Below are positions 25,480 to 37,732 of a DNA stretch of 64,000 bases, piece by piece (the stretch's first letter is position 1; each line of letters starts with the position of its first letter). The DNA is from Octopus vulgaris (Eukaryota). The stretch is from NCBI GenBank assembly GCA_951406725.2, contig OX597823.1, positions 54,064,001-54,128,000 on the forward strand. The letters run 5' to 3'. The notes under the pieces are model-generated. The model had not been told where the DNA came from, ran no database searches, and was given only the letters and a program-made list of their open reading frames with translations. Position numbers and translations under genes: made by a program.

Positions 25480-26291
25480 ACACAGTATAGTAGGGTTAGT
25501 TGGGCACTGTCTATAAAAAATAAAACGTCACTATGATGCAATTCACTCTACCAGAAATTTGGAAACGACATGCTGTACTGCTTGGCATTCGCGCCGAAAG
25601 TTCCAATACGAACATTTCAGAGTGTTTGGGTGTCAACCTGAGAACTGTGCAATCTGAAGACATGTACCTAGGATGATAAAAATCAAACATCTAGTCAACA
25701 TCATGGTGTTTAGAGTGATCACTAGTGATGATGACGTCATGCCTGCATTCATCTGCCCACACAGCCTCAGACTCAACACGGAGGCCTACATCAAGTGCCT
25801 GAAGGAGGTAGTGTTGCTCTGGATCAAGAGAGTGGCTGCTGGAAGACCCTATGTCTGGCAAGAGGACTCTGCATCATTCCACACAAGCAGGAGAACCCAG
25901 TCATAGCTGTTAGACAATTTCTGCGACCACACCACCCCTTACATTTGGCCCCCTAATTCCCCAGACTGCAACCCACTTGATTATTGTGTGGGGTGCAGTT
26001 GAGCGAGAGACCAGCAAAACTCCTTGTAACACCAAAGATGAACTGAAGGCAAGGATTATGGCGGCGTTGACCAACTTAAACAAGGAGACGCCCAGAAGAG
26101 TTGCAAGAGATTCCGAAGTCGTCTGGAGGCCGTGGTTGAAGTCAATGGCGATTTTATTGAATAAATTTACTCTTTAGTATTTCAAGATATTTTAATGTAA
26201 TTTTGGTAAATACATCTATTTAAATGAGATGTCAGTGTGTTATTTTCATTTTTGCGTAATTTTGGACAACAGTTTATTCACTGCACCCTGT
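25480..26291 (+). mobile_element. maT/DD37D-like Tc1-mariner transposon, internally deleted
   Basis: IMVFRVITSD..LNTEAYIKCL..YVWQEDSASFHTSRRTQ..WPPNSPDCNP..VWGAVERETSKTPCNTKDELK. Right end ..TTCACTGCACCCTG. Confidence 0.75.
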
Positions 26292-27096
26292 GTGTGTATA
26301 TATATACATATACATACACATATCTTTATATATATAAAACTGAGAATGTGTGTGTGTCTGTCTGTCTGTGTGTTTCCTTAAAACTTAAGAACTACACAAC
26401 CAATTTCATTCAAATTTTACACATGCCTTACTTAGGGTCCATGTAGTTTCATGGGTAAAAAAATGTTCAACTTCTTGCCTAGAGCGAGCCCATAGCAATA
26501 TCATATCTTCTCCACTATTTCAGTATTACGTGTTAAAAGTGAAACAAAAATATTTCTCTATTTTATGTCAGATGCTTTCACTTTAACAATAAAAATAATA
26601 ATAACAATTGAATTATATGTAGTAAGTAATAATTAAAATCAAACTAAAGTATAATATAATCGTAACATACAAAAGTAAAAATAGCAATTGGTATAAAATT
26701 GCATCAATGATTTGAACTTGAATAAGTGGTTTCACATGAATGGGAATAAATTAAAAATAAAATTAGCGTGCAGAAATGGAATAGTCCAGATGGATAATAA
26801 AAAATTAAATTAAAGAAAAGCCTATTGTCTATAAAGTATACAATGTAGAGAAAAAAGAACAGCTAACAATTTCATTTAATTGATTGCGTAGTGAGTCATT
26901 ATATTTTCCTTCGTTTATATTTTCCTCCGTTGTATTCTACTGTGTTTCTGATTGACTTTGTCTGTATTGTCTGTTGTTGTACAATTGTTGCAGTCAGCCT
27001 TCGTGCGAGGGCTTCGTGTTGGTGTTCCCCTCTCCGTGGGGGAAAAACTATCATTATCGCGGTTGTGCTAAGGGCTTGTTAAGCCAGTTTTCGGAG

Positions 27097-28387
27097 ATGG
27101 ACTCCACCATCTCCTATTCACCCGTGTCAAGTGATGCAGGATCACCGGCGGTGTCGCCAAAGAAAAAAGAAACCCCAGCACCAGCTAGAAAATTTTCTGA
27201 AGTAGCTGGAAAGAAAATTAAAAAAATTAACACTGAAGACCTGCAGAAATACGCAGACTGTTTGATAAAAGAGGGCACAGAAGTAACGGTGGTTACGAAT
27301 GCCCAAAAGCAAGAAGATATAGAAAAAAAAAGAATAATATACAAGACTTTCAACATAACAAGTAAATCTATACAGAATAGAGGAGAAAAAAATAGAAAAC
27401 TGCCTAAAGCCGATATGGGATAAGATTACGTACATCAATCGCGGGAAGAAATACGGCACAGTGGAGGTGAGATTTGCAACGGAGGAGGTAGCCAAAAAGC
27501 TATCCATGGAACCCATGAAAGCGGAGAATATTGTTCTCCTCCCCCTGTATAGAGGCAAAAGAACCTCAAGGATCACAATGAACAATATTCCGCCAGAAGC
27601 GGATGCCACATGTCTGGTGGCAGCAGTTATGGTAGGCCTGGAGGAAAAAATAAACATCCTCCAGGCCACAGTAGAGAAGGAAGAATATTGGAAATGGCAG
27701 CGTATAACGATAGCCATCCAGGCAGAGATACAAACCCTGGAAGAGATTCCGGAGACACTAAAAATCAGTGAGGAGGAAAGAGTCACAGTCTTTGTAGAGG
27801 GCAGAAAGCCGAGGTGCTTCGGCTGCGGTAAGAAAGGGCATGTAAGGGCAGAATGCCAACCCAAACCGCAGGAAGCAGCTCAGCCAGGTGGAAGAACAGA
27901 AGAGGTGTCACCAGAAGCAGCGCCGGGCGGCCCAGAAGGGACGGCTGAAGGTGTGGAGGTGACTGAGGCAGCGGAACCGGCGGCGGAGGAAACAAAGAGC
28001 GAGGAAACGAATAATGAGGAGGGGTGGTCAAAAATCACTAGGAAAAAAAGAAAAACTGAAACCACCCCTCCGAAAGTAAACCAAAAGAAAAAAAGAGAGT
28101 CTTTGAACTCATTTATGGCCATTAAGGCCTCAAATAATAGACTCGGTAATGTGTTGGCAGCTATGGCCAAGGTAGAAAAAATTGGAAGAAAAAATGATTA
28201 CATATTGTACAGAATAGGCCGGAAGGATTACGGACGGATAAAGTCCGAATTTTTTCATGACGTGGGCCCCCTCAGAATGGATATATCATCACCATATATA
28301 TTCGAGGGCCTGCGTCAGACTCCCCCACGAGGCCCAGTAAAAGAGGAAAAAAAAATGAAGAAGAGAAAGGAAAAGTCGAACCACTGA
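27097..28387 (+). pseudogene. Tx1 ORF1 (gag-like nucleic-acid-binding protein with CCHC zinc knuckle), one frameshift near 27380
   Basis: ORFs 26974-27423 and 27461-28387 join across an A-run. CFGCGKKGHVRAEC knuckle and basic WSKITRKKRK motif. Confidence 0.85.
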
Positions 28388-28400
28388 TATAAGGTAAGTT

Positions 28401-31400
28401 ATGGATTACATTTATGTTGGTTGTTTAAATGTGCGCGGCCTGGGATCAAGCTGGAAGCAAGGTCGCTTCCTTAATGATATCAGGTCGCGTAATTTGGATG
28501 TTATTGTTGCTACAGAAACCCGGTTAGAGGGGCCAAGAGGTCTACTCCCGCTGTTTGACGGCTACGAGAGTTTTTTCTCTCCAGCCAGTCCTACAGGCGG
28601 GGGTGGGGTGTTGGTCCTATTAAAAAGAAACCGGGTTTTTGAGAAAAAGTTAATTTTTTCAGACCCAGAAGGCAGGCTGGTCGTCATGGATTTGACGTTC
28701 GGTAACGGTTAAGTTATCAGACTGGTTGCAATTTACGCACCCAACCAAAAAGGGCAAAGTGATTATTTTCGAGAACTGGAAAACTTTCTTGGTACTTCGC
28801 ATTCATTAGTTGTGCTAGGAGACTTTAACACAATTTGCAAAGCGGATGTAGATTGTGTTGGCTTGCGCCCAGATAGAAAAGGTAACATTGGCTTCCTGGA
28901 ACTGCTAAGCCGCTTTGAGCTAGCAGATCCTTATAGGTTGGAATTTCCGAACGCTCCATTGTGGACATGGTCAAACAGCGACGGATCTTCCATGTCATAC
29001 ATAGATAGGATACTAATTAGAAAAGTAGACAGAAAAATAGCTAAGTGTCCACAGTTTTACCTGGTCAGCTACAGTGATCATAAAATAGTCACCTGTAAGC
29101 TTGACATAGATAAGGTTAAAAATAGAGGCTCCGGTTACTGGAAACTTAATACGTCCCTTTTGGCGATTAAGGAGTACAGAGACCGGATTAGGACTATAAT
29201 TCAGAGGGCGCTATCTGGTACCATCATTAGTAACAAATGGTGGTACGCCCTCAAGCGAGCCATCAAATTCGAGTCAATTAGATATAGCATAGGATTAGTG
29301 GCTAGAGAGGCTAGGAGGGAATCTACTCTAGTTAAGGAATTAGAGGAAGCCTTGAAAACTGGCTCTGCGGTTCAGGTGACGGCCAAGAGACTGGCGTTAA
29401 ACCAGCACCTCGAGGCCAAACACATGGGCTGCATTGTCAGGGCTAGGATCCGCGCAATGGGTTGTGAAGGAATCAACGCCGTGAGATGGGCCCGAGTGGT
29501 GGAAGCTCAGCGTGGTAACGACGCCACGATTCGATCTATGACGAACCAACAAGGTGAGTTGATAAACGAGCCCGAGGAGATGTGTGAGGCCTTCCAGGAG
29601 CACTTCGCTCAGCTTTTCGGTGAGTGCGGCGGACTGGATAGGAGGAGGGCCTTTACGGACCTCCTCGACGGGCTGCCGCGCTTATCGGGGCGAGATGCGG
29701 AGGGCTGTGAAGGGCCAATCACGCATGGGGAGGTGGTTGAGGCGATGGCGGACTGCGGCGCGGGCAAGGCGCCGGGTTTAGATGGTCTACCCTATGAGTT
29801 ATATAAGAGTATGCCAGACTTGTTCGGGCACCTACTGGCGGAGGTCTATGCGAACTGGCAGCAGAACGGGTTCATACCCAGATCTGTGCGCCGGGGAGTA
29901 GTGACACTCGTCAGAAAGGATCCGAGCAAGGGGGAGTGCATTGATAATTTCAGGCCCATCACTCTGCTAAACACAGAGTTGAAGATTTTGGCCAAAGTGT
30001 TATCGAAAAGATTGGCGCGTGTCGCGGATGGTCTGATCGGGGAGGCACAGACATGTGCCGTTCCCGGCAGAACCATTCAGGATAATCTCCATCTTATGCG
30101 GTACACTATAGAGGGGTTTAATAGTGATTCTGGCAAGGGTGGGGCACTGGTCCATTTAGACCAATCTAAAGCATTCGATAGGGTCAACCATCGCTACCTG
30201 GTATCTGCCCTGGCACAGTTCGGGCTGGGCCTTGGCTTCCTCAGGTGGATTATCCAAATTTACGACAACATCGACTCGGTAGTTCGGGTGAACGGCTTCT
30301 TGTCGAAGCCGTTCAACATCAAGCGCTCGGTTCGTCAAGGGTGTCCGCTCTCCCCGCTTTTGTACGTGGTGGCTCTTGAGCCATTACTGCGAAAACTGAG
30401 CGGCATCCCGAGACAGCCAGGTAGTGGAAAATCAGTGTCAGCGTACGCGGATGACATCACCATCATCGTAACCGAAATGGATCACCTACGTAAAGTAGGC
30501 AAGGCCATAGAGGTTTACGAGACGGTGACAGGAGCAAAAGTTAATCGCGAAAAGTCAGTCGGCTTGCAACTCGGCACCTGGAGAAGGCAAATCGATGCCT
30601 CCTGACAGCGTCGTGGGACGTTGGACGGAGGGTCCGATTAAGTTGCTAGGGGTTTGGTTCGGTCCAGACCTCCAAATAGAGAAGAATTGGGGCGAGGTAT
30701 CGAACAGGGTGACTGCAGTAACCAAGACCTGGTCTTGGCGGTGGCTATCCCTGAAAGGAAACGCTCTACTTGCTGTCAACAACCGTTAAAGGGTGGGCTA
30801 GGGATGCCTTGGCTGATGATGCGCAGACATGCGCTGAGGTTAAGACATCTGTGGCTCTACCTGGATGGTGAACGGGCGTGGTCTCCGCTAGCGAAACTGA
30901 TGTTTCCAAAGTTCACTAGTTTCGGTGGATGGGAAACCTGGCTGAATCGTAGATCGAAACTAGGCACATGGTACACGGAGTGTCGCAAGGCTCTCCTGCT
31001 ATTCCGTCGCTCGGGCAACGCCTGCGGTGGGGGTTCCACCACATTCTTCTATAGAGGGTTGGTAGAGGCGGAATGTGAAGATACCTTGGGGGAGACCCTA
31101 GGTCTCGACGATAATCAGCTGGTCAGTCTGTTCCGACGTACGTTCGAGCCGAAGACACTGGACAACTTCCAGAAGTCTCTGGCATGGCAATGCTACAGAG
31201 GAGCTCTACCTGTTCGGGATAAACTCGCAAGGCACGGTGGCCAAGACAGTCCGATATGTCCAAGATGCGAGCGGGATAGGGAAACCGTCCCGCACGCTAT
31301 TGTTCATTGTTCGGTCGTGTCTGAGGTGTGGGTTTATGCCGAACAGCTGTTGTCAAGCACACGAAGAGTACAGCTGTCGACTGAGTCTATTACAAAAATT

Positions 31401-31658
31401 GACCCACCAGATTTCCTCGCGAAAGAAGGTAAGAATTGTTTTCTCGTTGTAGTAGCAATTGCGAAAGAGGTGATATGGAAGACGAGAATGAAAGGTTTAA
31501 GGTCAGGCAAGTTCATCTCCGGCCCTGGTTTGATGAATTACTTCATCTTTTACCTGAAAAGGAAGATAGGGCTGGAGAGAAAATGCCTGACTAAGAGAGT
31601 GTATGAAGAACGATGGAAAGATGTAGCACGAAAGTTGCGAGTAGATGATACCACATAA
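28401..31658 (+). pseudogene. Tx1 ORF2: APE endonuclease, reverse transcriptase and C-terminal zinc finger
   Basis: APE motifs GCLNVRGL, ETRL, IYAPN, LGDFN, YIDRILI, SDH. RT motifs PGLDGL, NFRPITLLNTELKILAK, DQSKAFDRV, RQGCPLSP, YADD. Zinc finger CPRCERDRETVPHAIVHC. Lesions: in-frame TAA at 28710, frameshift near 30590, apparent deletion near 30767. Confidence 0.92.
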
Positions 31659-32096
31659 ATGTAAAACTAGACGAAACCAAAGTATCAGTGGGGAGGCGGG
31701 GCTCGTGGGGTCCGAGCTGAACCCGCTCCCACTCCACCCGTAATGTCTTCCGGTCTGTTCCCCATTCGATTTTTTCTATTTTTGTAATTTTTGTAAATTT
31801 TTAAATTCGCCATTTTTTGTAAACCCATTCGTATATCTGACCCCACATCAGATTGTATTGTCCCCTCTATGTTCGCCCCTTGTGGGTAATAATAAAACAA
31901 TTTCAGTCTGTTATATATTTTGAGTATTGTTATCACTAGCGATATCAAGATATAACTTCGTATTTTGCATTTTATGTGTAGATGTATATATATACATGTA
32001 CATGCAATATGTACACATATATATACACATATATACATGCACTAGCACTATGACCCGGCAACGACGGGTCTTTAATGCTAGTATATATATATATTT

Positions 32097-32497
32097 ATAT
32101 AATTCATGTTCAGTTAATTGGAGGACAGAAAATGGGGAGTTGAAAGTTAATAATTATTTGTTATTAACAGATTAGTAATCTTTACTTCTTACAGCCGTTT
32201 CCATTAGTGCCCAAAAGGTAGATTACAGATTTATGCGTTAAATTTGCATTTATATGTTATGAACGTATTTTCTTCTGAGAAAAGGATATACCTTAAAATG
32301 TTACACGCCGACCTATCAGAAGAAATTTTACTCATAACATATAAATGCAAAGTTAATGCATGAATCTATAATCTACCTACTGGGCTCTAGCGGAAACGTC
32401 TGTAAGAAGTATAGATTACCAATTTGTTAATAATAAATAATTATTAACTTCCAACTCTCCATTTTCTCTCCTTCAATTAACTGAACATGTATTATAT
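32097..32497. repeat. fold-back element with ~190-bp imperfect inverted arms and hammerhead-like 3' half in each arm
   Basis: CATGTTCAGTTAATTG..CTTACAGCCGTTTCC..TGCATTTATATGTTATGA is inverted to TCATAACATATAAATGCA..GGAAACGTCTGTAAG..CAATTAACTGAACATG. Confidence 0.8.
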
Positions 32498-32621
32498 GCT
32501 TAATATATATACCTATTAATTTAAGAGAATTTCATTTCCCCCCAAAATACTAGGTATAGAACCAGTATTTCATTGGATGTAACCACGCCTTTATGAGACT
32601 AACATATCCTCTAAGAAAATT

Positions 32622-32671
<50 letters not shown>

Positions 32672-32694
32672 TATATTATATATAAATATATATA

Positions 32695-32945
32695 AGAGTT
32701 TTTTGCATAATGGGATGAAAAACCAAGGCTGTGTAGATATTTGAACATTTATAGATAGAAGGTCTTACAGCTGTTTCCAGGATATTTGTTAATTATATCC
32801 CTTCAACAATCTTCTCACCCCGTCTCCGATGAAGGGATATAATTAATAAATATCCTAGAAACAGCTGTAAGACCTTCATCTATAATTGTTCCAATATCTA
32901 CACAGCCTTGTTTTTTATATCTCATTACGCAAAAAATTTTTTATA
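32695..32945. repeat. fold-back element (inverted Penelope-type pLTR ends)
   Basis: CAAGGCTGTGTAGATATT..CTTACAGCTGTTTC..ATATCCCTTCA is inverted to TGAAGGGATAT..GAAACAGCTGTAAG..AATATCTACACAGCCTTG. Further copies of the arm at ~34328-34418 and ~34598-34730. Confidence 0.85.
32822..32873 (+). ncRNA. minimal type-I hammerhead ribozyme motif (CCGAUGA variant)
   Basis: GTCT-CCGATGA-AG-GGATAT(loop)ATATCC-TA-GAAA-CAGCTGTA-AGAC. Stem I GTCT/AGAC, palindromic stem III ACAGCTGT, predicted GUA cleavage triplet. Confidence 0.6.
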
Positions 32946-33975
32946 TACACACGCTGACATATGACCAACGCTGAACCCCTTATTCGCAAAAATCACCGAA
33001 CCTGGAACTTAACTACGGTCTGTCTATAGCACTTATTTAGCATTACCTGACACCTTTGGGTCTCAATGACACCATTACCTCTTATAACCTCAATATATAT
33101 ATATACACACACATATTATATTTGTGTGTGTGTGTATGTTTGCGGCTGTGTTTGTCCCCCATCACTGTTGACAACCAGTGTTGGTTTGTTTATGTCACCA
33201 CAACTTTGTGCTACGGCGAAAGAGCACGATAGAATAAGTACCAGGTTATTTTAATAATATAAGTCTTGGGTAAAATTCAGTTGACTAAAATTTCTTCAAG
33301 GCAGTGTCCCAGTATGGCCGGAATCCTATGACTAAAACAAGTTAAAGTTAAAAAGTAAATGCTTGGTGGAAAACTGCAATAATCTCCGAATGAGGTGGGG
33401 GTGGGGGATAATTTCAAGAATGATCAAGAATTCTTCGTAATTGACAAAGAAAAGAAGATAGCGTAAGTTTTTTTAGAGAGGACAGCAGTGAAAGCGTGTT
33501 TCTGTCCCAATAAATGTCATCAGCGTACACCTGCACGCACATACATATGGAAAAAAAAAACAAAGAAAAGGAAAGGAAAAAGGAAAAGGAAAGAAAGAGA
33601 GAGAGGGAGAGGGAGGGAGGGAGAGAGAGAGAGAGAGAGTCAGACGGACAGACAGACAGAGAACAATGTAGAATTGACTGCGAAAAATTTTGCAACTAGT
33701 AAAACCACATTTGCAACAAGCACGTTTCATTAACCGTGACCAGAAAGTCATTCATGCAAAATAGTTTGTATCAAACACCACTTCAATTTCTTTTTAACTA
33801 TTCAATCCCAAAACTTTATAAATACAATGGATTCTTAGTATGAAATACTTTGGGTGTGTTCGTGTATGTATGTATGTATGTATGTATGTATGTATGTATG
33901 TATGTATGTATGTATGTATGTATGTATGTATGTATGTATGTATGTATGTATGTGTATAAATGATTGTATAGATGG

Positions 33976-34002
<27 letters not shown>

Positions 34003-34007
<5 letters not shown>

Positions 34008-34240
34008 GAGAGTAAATGTAAGGACAAGTAAGTTAACCAAGTCGATATACAAAATATATTAAATACGTTTAATACAAAAAAAAAAATGCGTACATAAGTA
34101 AACATATAAAAAAAGTTTCTGTGTAAGTCGGAATTTTTTTTATATGAATACATATGTACATTTTTTTGTATTAAGTGCATTTAATATGTTTTGTATATCG
34201 ACTTGCCTCACTGGCTTGTCCTTACATTTATTCCTCTATC
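34003..34240. repeat. ~235-bp imperfect palindrome
   Basis: TAAATGTAAGGACAAG..CAAGTCGATATACAAAA..TTAATACAAAAAA is inverted to TTTTTTGTATTAA..TTTTGTATATCGACTTG..CTTGTCCTTACATTTA. Confidence 0.8.
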
Positions 34241-34288
34241 TGTTCAAGTTCAAATCTCTTGTTCACTACGAAATATATTCTATACAGA

Positions 34289-34329
<41 letters not shown>

Positions 34330-34416
34330 AATTTTTTGCGTAATAAGCTAAAAAAACCCAAGGCTGTGTAGATATTAGAGCATTTATAGATAGAAGGTCT
34401 TACAGCTGTTTCTAGA

Positions 34417-34447
<31 letters not shown>

Positions 34448-34664
34448 TGTATGTATGTATGTATGTATGTATGTATGTATGTATGGATGGATGGATGGAT
34501 GGATGCATGTATGTATGTATGTATGTATGTATGTATGTATGTATGTATGTATGTATGTATGTATGTATGTATGTATGTATATATATATATATATATATAA
34601 GAATTTTTTGCGTAATAAGATAAAAAAAACCAAGGCTGTGTAGATATTAGAGCATTTATAGATA

Positions 34665-34716
34665 GGTCTTACAGCTGTTTCCAGGATATTTATGAATTAT
34701 ATCCCTTCATCGGAGA
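34665..34716 (-). ncRNA. minimal hammerhead ribozyme motif, same family as 32822-32873
   Basis: Minus strand reads TCT-CCGATGA-AG-GGATAT..ATATCC-TG-GAAA-CAGCTGTA-AGACC. Confidence 0.6.
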
Positions 34717-34728
34717 TGGTGTGAGAGG

Positions 34729-34759
<31 letters not shown>

Positions 34760-35256
34760 TGTATGTATGTATGTATGTATGTATGTATGTATACATACAT
34801 ACGACCTTGACAATAGTGTGTTTGTTCATTTGTCGTCAGCGTTCTACTGTGCTTTAATACATATTCATATTGGTCTATTATCTTTTAACTTTTATCTTTT
34901 ACTTGAAGGGCTTTCGTCGTAGTGATCGACCCGATAGTCTGTTTAATGTCTGGAACTTATTCCCTTGGTTCATTTGCCGAACCGCTGAGTCACTGGGACG
35001 TAAGCAACTGGATGTCAAACAGTTGTGGAGGTTAAGCACACACACATACGCAGACACACACTAAGAAGCATACATACATACATACATACATACATACATA
35101 CATACATACATACATACATACACATACACACATACATACATACATATACATACATACATACATACATACATACATACATAGGTATGCACATACGAACACA
35201 TACACGCGTACATGTGTATGTATGTATGTATGTATGTATGTATGTATGTATGTATG

Positions 35257-35289
<33 letters not shown>

Positions 35290-35399
35290 ATGTGTATGTA
35301 TGTATGTATGTATGTATGTATGTATGTATGTATGTATGTATGTATGTATGTATGTATGTATGTAGGAATGTAAAAACAAAGGAATTAAAATCAAAACTG

Positions 35400-35705
35400 A
35401 CATTCCGTTCATCGGACCCCGTTGATCCGATGAACGGAACACTCTGCTCGTGAAATTCACGTGAAAGTGTCCGAAGCATTCCACAGACACATGTAGCTTT
35501 AACGTAGTTCTCAGGGAGATTCAGTGTGACAAGGCTGGCTGGCCCCTCTTGAATTACATGTACAACTCATTTTTGCCAACGGAATGGACTGGAGCAACGT
35601 GAAATAAAGTGTCTTGCTCAAGGACACAACGCGTCGCCGGGAATTGAATTCACGACCTTACAATCATGAGCCGAATACCCTAACCACGAAGCCATGCGCT
35701 TCCAC
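35400..35705 (-). mobile_element. tRNA-derived SINE, third family
   Basis: Minus-strand head GCGCATGGCTTCGTGGTTAGGG..GAGTTCAATTCCCGG..GTGTCCTTGAGCAAGACACTTT. Related pieces at ~58515-58690 and ~61480-61720. Confidence 0.7.
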
Positions 35706-36230
35706 AACATGGATGATATAATCCAGGTGGATACTTTTTGAACACTCTGTAGTAACACAACTTGGCTAAATAGATTGACGAGTGATAATCGTTGTGAACC
35801 AGGCGATTCATACAATTATATTTCTACTCCGGTTCGACTTGTAAATATTCTTCGCAGTGACATAGCCTGTGAGGAGGCTATGTAGGTATTGATTTTCTGA
35901 ATTTATGTAATACTATAGTCGATTAAATATGAACCATTTACTGTGCAGAATAGATGTATCTTTGTATCATATAACATTAGCTCGTCTAAAACGTGCATGA
36001 GCAAAATTATGGATTATAAATTATGAATTGAAAATTTCATAGTTTTTCTATTTTTTAAAAATTTCCTCTGTCAGTGAAAAAAATGGGGTTTCTTGGGACT
36101 CTAAGGGTTTTTAACACTTATTTCTAGTAACATAGGTACTACACGACACCCATAGTCAGAGTTAGCAGCAACTGAATTTTTCCTTTTTTGGTTTTATTTT
36201 GTGTATAGCTGCCTTCGTTATATATATATA

Positions 36231-37721
36231 TCTCTTATTATAAAAGGCAGATTTTATCTGCCTCCCTTTGGGAGTTATACAAATCTACAATATAGGATTT
36301 CTTCAATTACAATTTACCTAGCATTTTTGAGAGTACAATGCATCGCGTCATGCCAGGTCCAGTTTTTAAAATTTAAACTCCAATTAAGCAAAATTTACAG
36401 AAAACTCACATTCTGGTGTGTGTGTCAAATGCTTTTCTTAGTCTGGTTTACACCACACGCAAACGCACACACACAGTGGGCAAGGAATAAAATGAAAGTA
36501 ATTCACTTACTGTAGTGAGTGATTCTTTCACTCTGCCTCCCACTTCCTCTTTACACACATAGAAAAAACTTTTATTTTTTTACATAAGTAATGAGAGCGA
36601 AAGAGACTAAGAGAAAGCGATTGTATGACGAGGGAAGTTCCTTTGAAGTTACCGTGCATGGGACTCATTGATGTACATGTGTGTGTGTGTGTGTGTTTGA
36701 TGGAGTGTGGGAGACAGACAGTATGTTGTGTAAGTGAAGTGCTTCTGTTAGTGTGTGTGAAGAGACAGAGAGAGTAATGTGTGAAAGAGAGAGATAACTG
36801 AAATTTTTTACTCGGTTTATGTGTATATGTATGTATGCATGTATGTGTGTGTGTGTATGTGTGTGTGTATGTATGTATTTATATATAAAAGAAAGGTTGT
36901 GTGTCTGTCTACTCCGATTTAGATTCCTAACTACTCCCACATTTTGCGATGCAGTTTAACCAAAACCGGGTATCTTATAGTCGTGATTCATATCGAGCCC
37001 TTCTGGGTATTAGCGCGCGTCTACGATGAGTCTATGATTTTACAAATAATTTACCATCATTTTTTTCCATTTTAATGCATATTTTTAAAAATAAACGGAA
37101 GTAACTCTCAAACTTCACACCAATATGCGTGCTCATATGCGACGTAATATCACATCACCAGCATTTCCTCACACCCTCCTTGCACTTGGCGAAGGCAAAA
37201 TACCAGGGGATGAAAATGGTAATATTGCCATCGATTCCATTTGTACCATTGTTAAGACGCCTTCTGATCTCAGAGATGCAGTGTTCCCAGATTTACAAGC
37301 TAATTATCAGAATATGGATTGGATTGGCAAAAAGGCTATACTGGCCCCGAGGAATAAAACTGTTCACCATATTAATGATGAAATGCTAAAACTCATTCCT
37401 GGGGAAGTCGATGTATATCAGTCTATCGATACAACTCCTGACCCAGAGGACGTCATCAACTATCCAATAGAGGTACTCAATTCCTTTGAGCACCCCGGAC
37501 TACCACCACACTTTCTCAAACTTAAAGTTAGTGCCCCTATAATGCTCATCAGAAATTTGGTTCCCCCAAAACAATGCAATGGCACACGTTTGGCGTTAAG
37601 TCCTTATCTCCCACCGTAAGCTTATTTCAATATTTGCCTGAATAATCATCATAATTCAGTGCAATCATTAACAGTACTTTCAAGCAATTCAGCCCCGAGC
37701 AACGCCGGGCAATTCTGCTAG
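36231..37721 (+). mobile_element. non-autonomous Helitron carrying a RepHel helicase fragment
   Basis: Starts A|TCTCTTATTATAAAA. Ends with hairpin CCCGAGCAACGCCGGG then CTAG|T. Contains an internal PIF1-type helicase fragment. Confidence 0.8.
37125..37590 (+). pseudogene. Helitron RepHel PIF1-like helicase fragment
   Basis: LLALGEG, AILAPRNKTVHHIN, YPIEVLNSFEHPGLPPHFLKLKVSAPIMLIRNL and CNGTRL. Confidence 0.88.
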
Positions 37722-37732
37722 TATATATATAT

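Larger units (their letters stand above)
26875..31895 (+). mobile_element. near full-length Tx1-clade (L1-group) LINE
   Basis: Two ORFs, a 3' UTR with CCCCTTGTGGG hairpin and A-rich tail, and TSD AACAATTTCA at 26865-26874 and 31896-31905. Confidence 0.92.
26323..32081 (+). mobile_element. non-autonomous Helitron (26323-26874 and 31896-32081) interrupted by a Tx1 LINE
   Basis: Starts A|TCTTTATATATATAAAA..GTGTCTGTCTGTCTG. Ends with hairpin GACCCG-GCAACGA-CGGGTC then CTAG|T. No TSD. Confidence 0.65.

Noticed and set aside
28710-28712. In-frame TAA in Tx1 ORF2 as programmed readthrough or recoding
   Set aside because: The element has other disabling lesions, so a simple nonsense mutation is more parsimonious.
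35045-35365. (CATA)n...(TATG)n mirror arrangement forming a large hairpin
   Set aside because: Opposed microsatellites of this common type are frequent here and need no special explanation.
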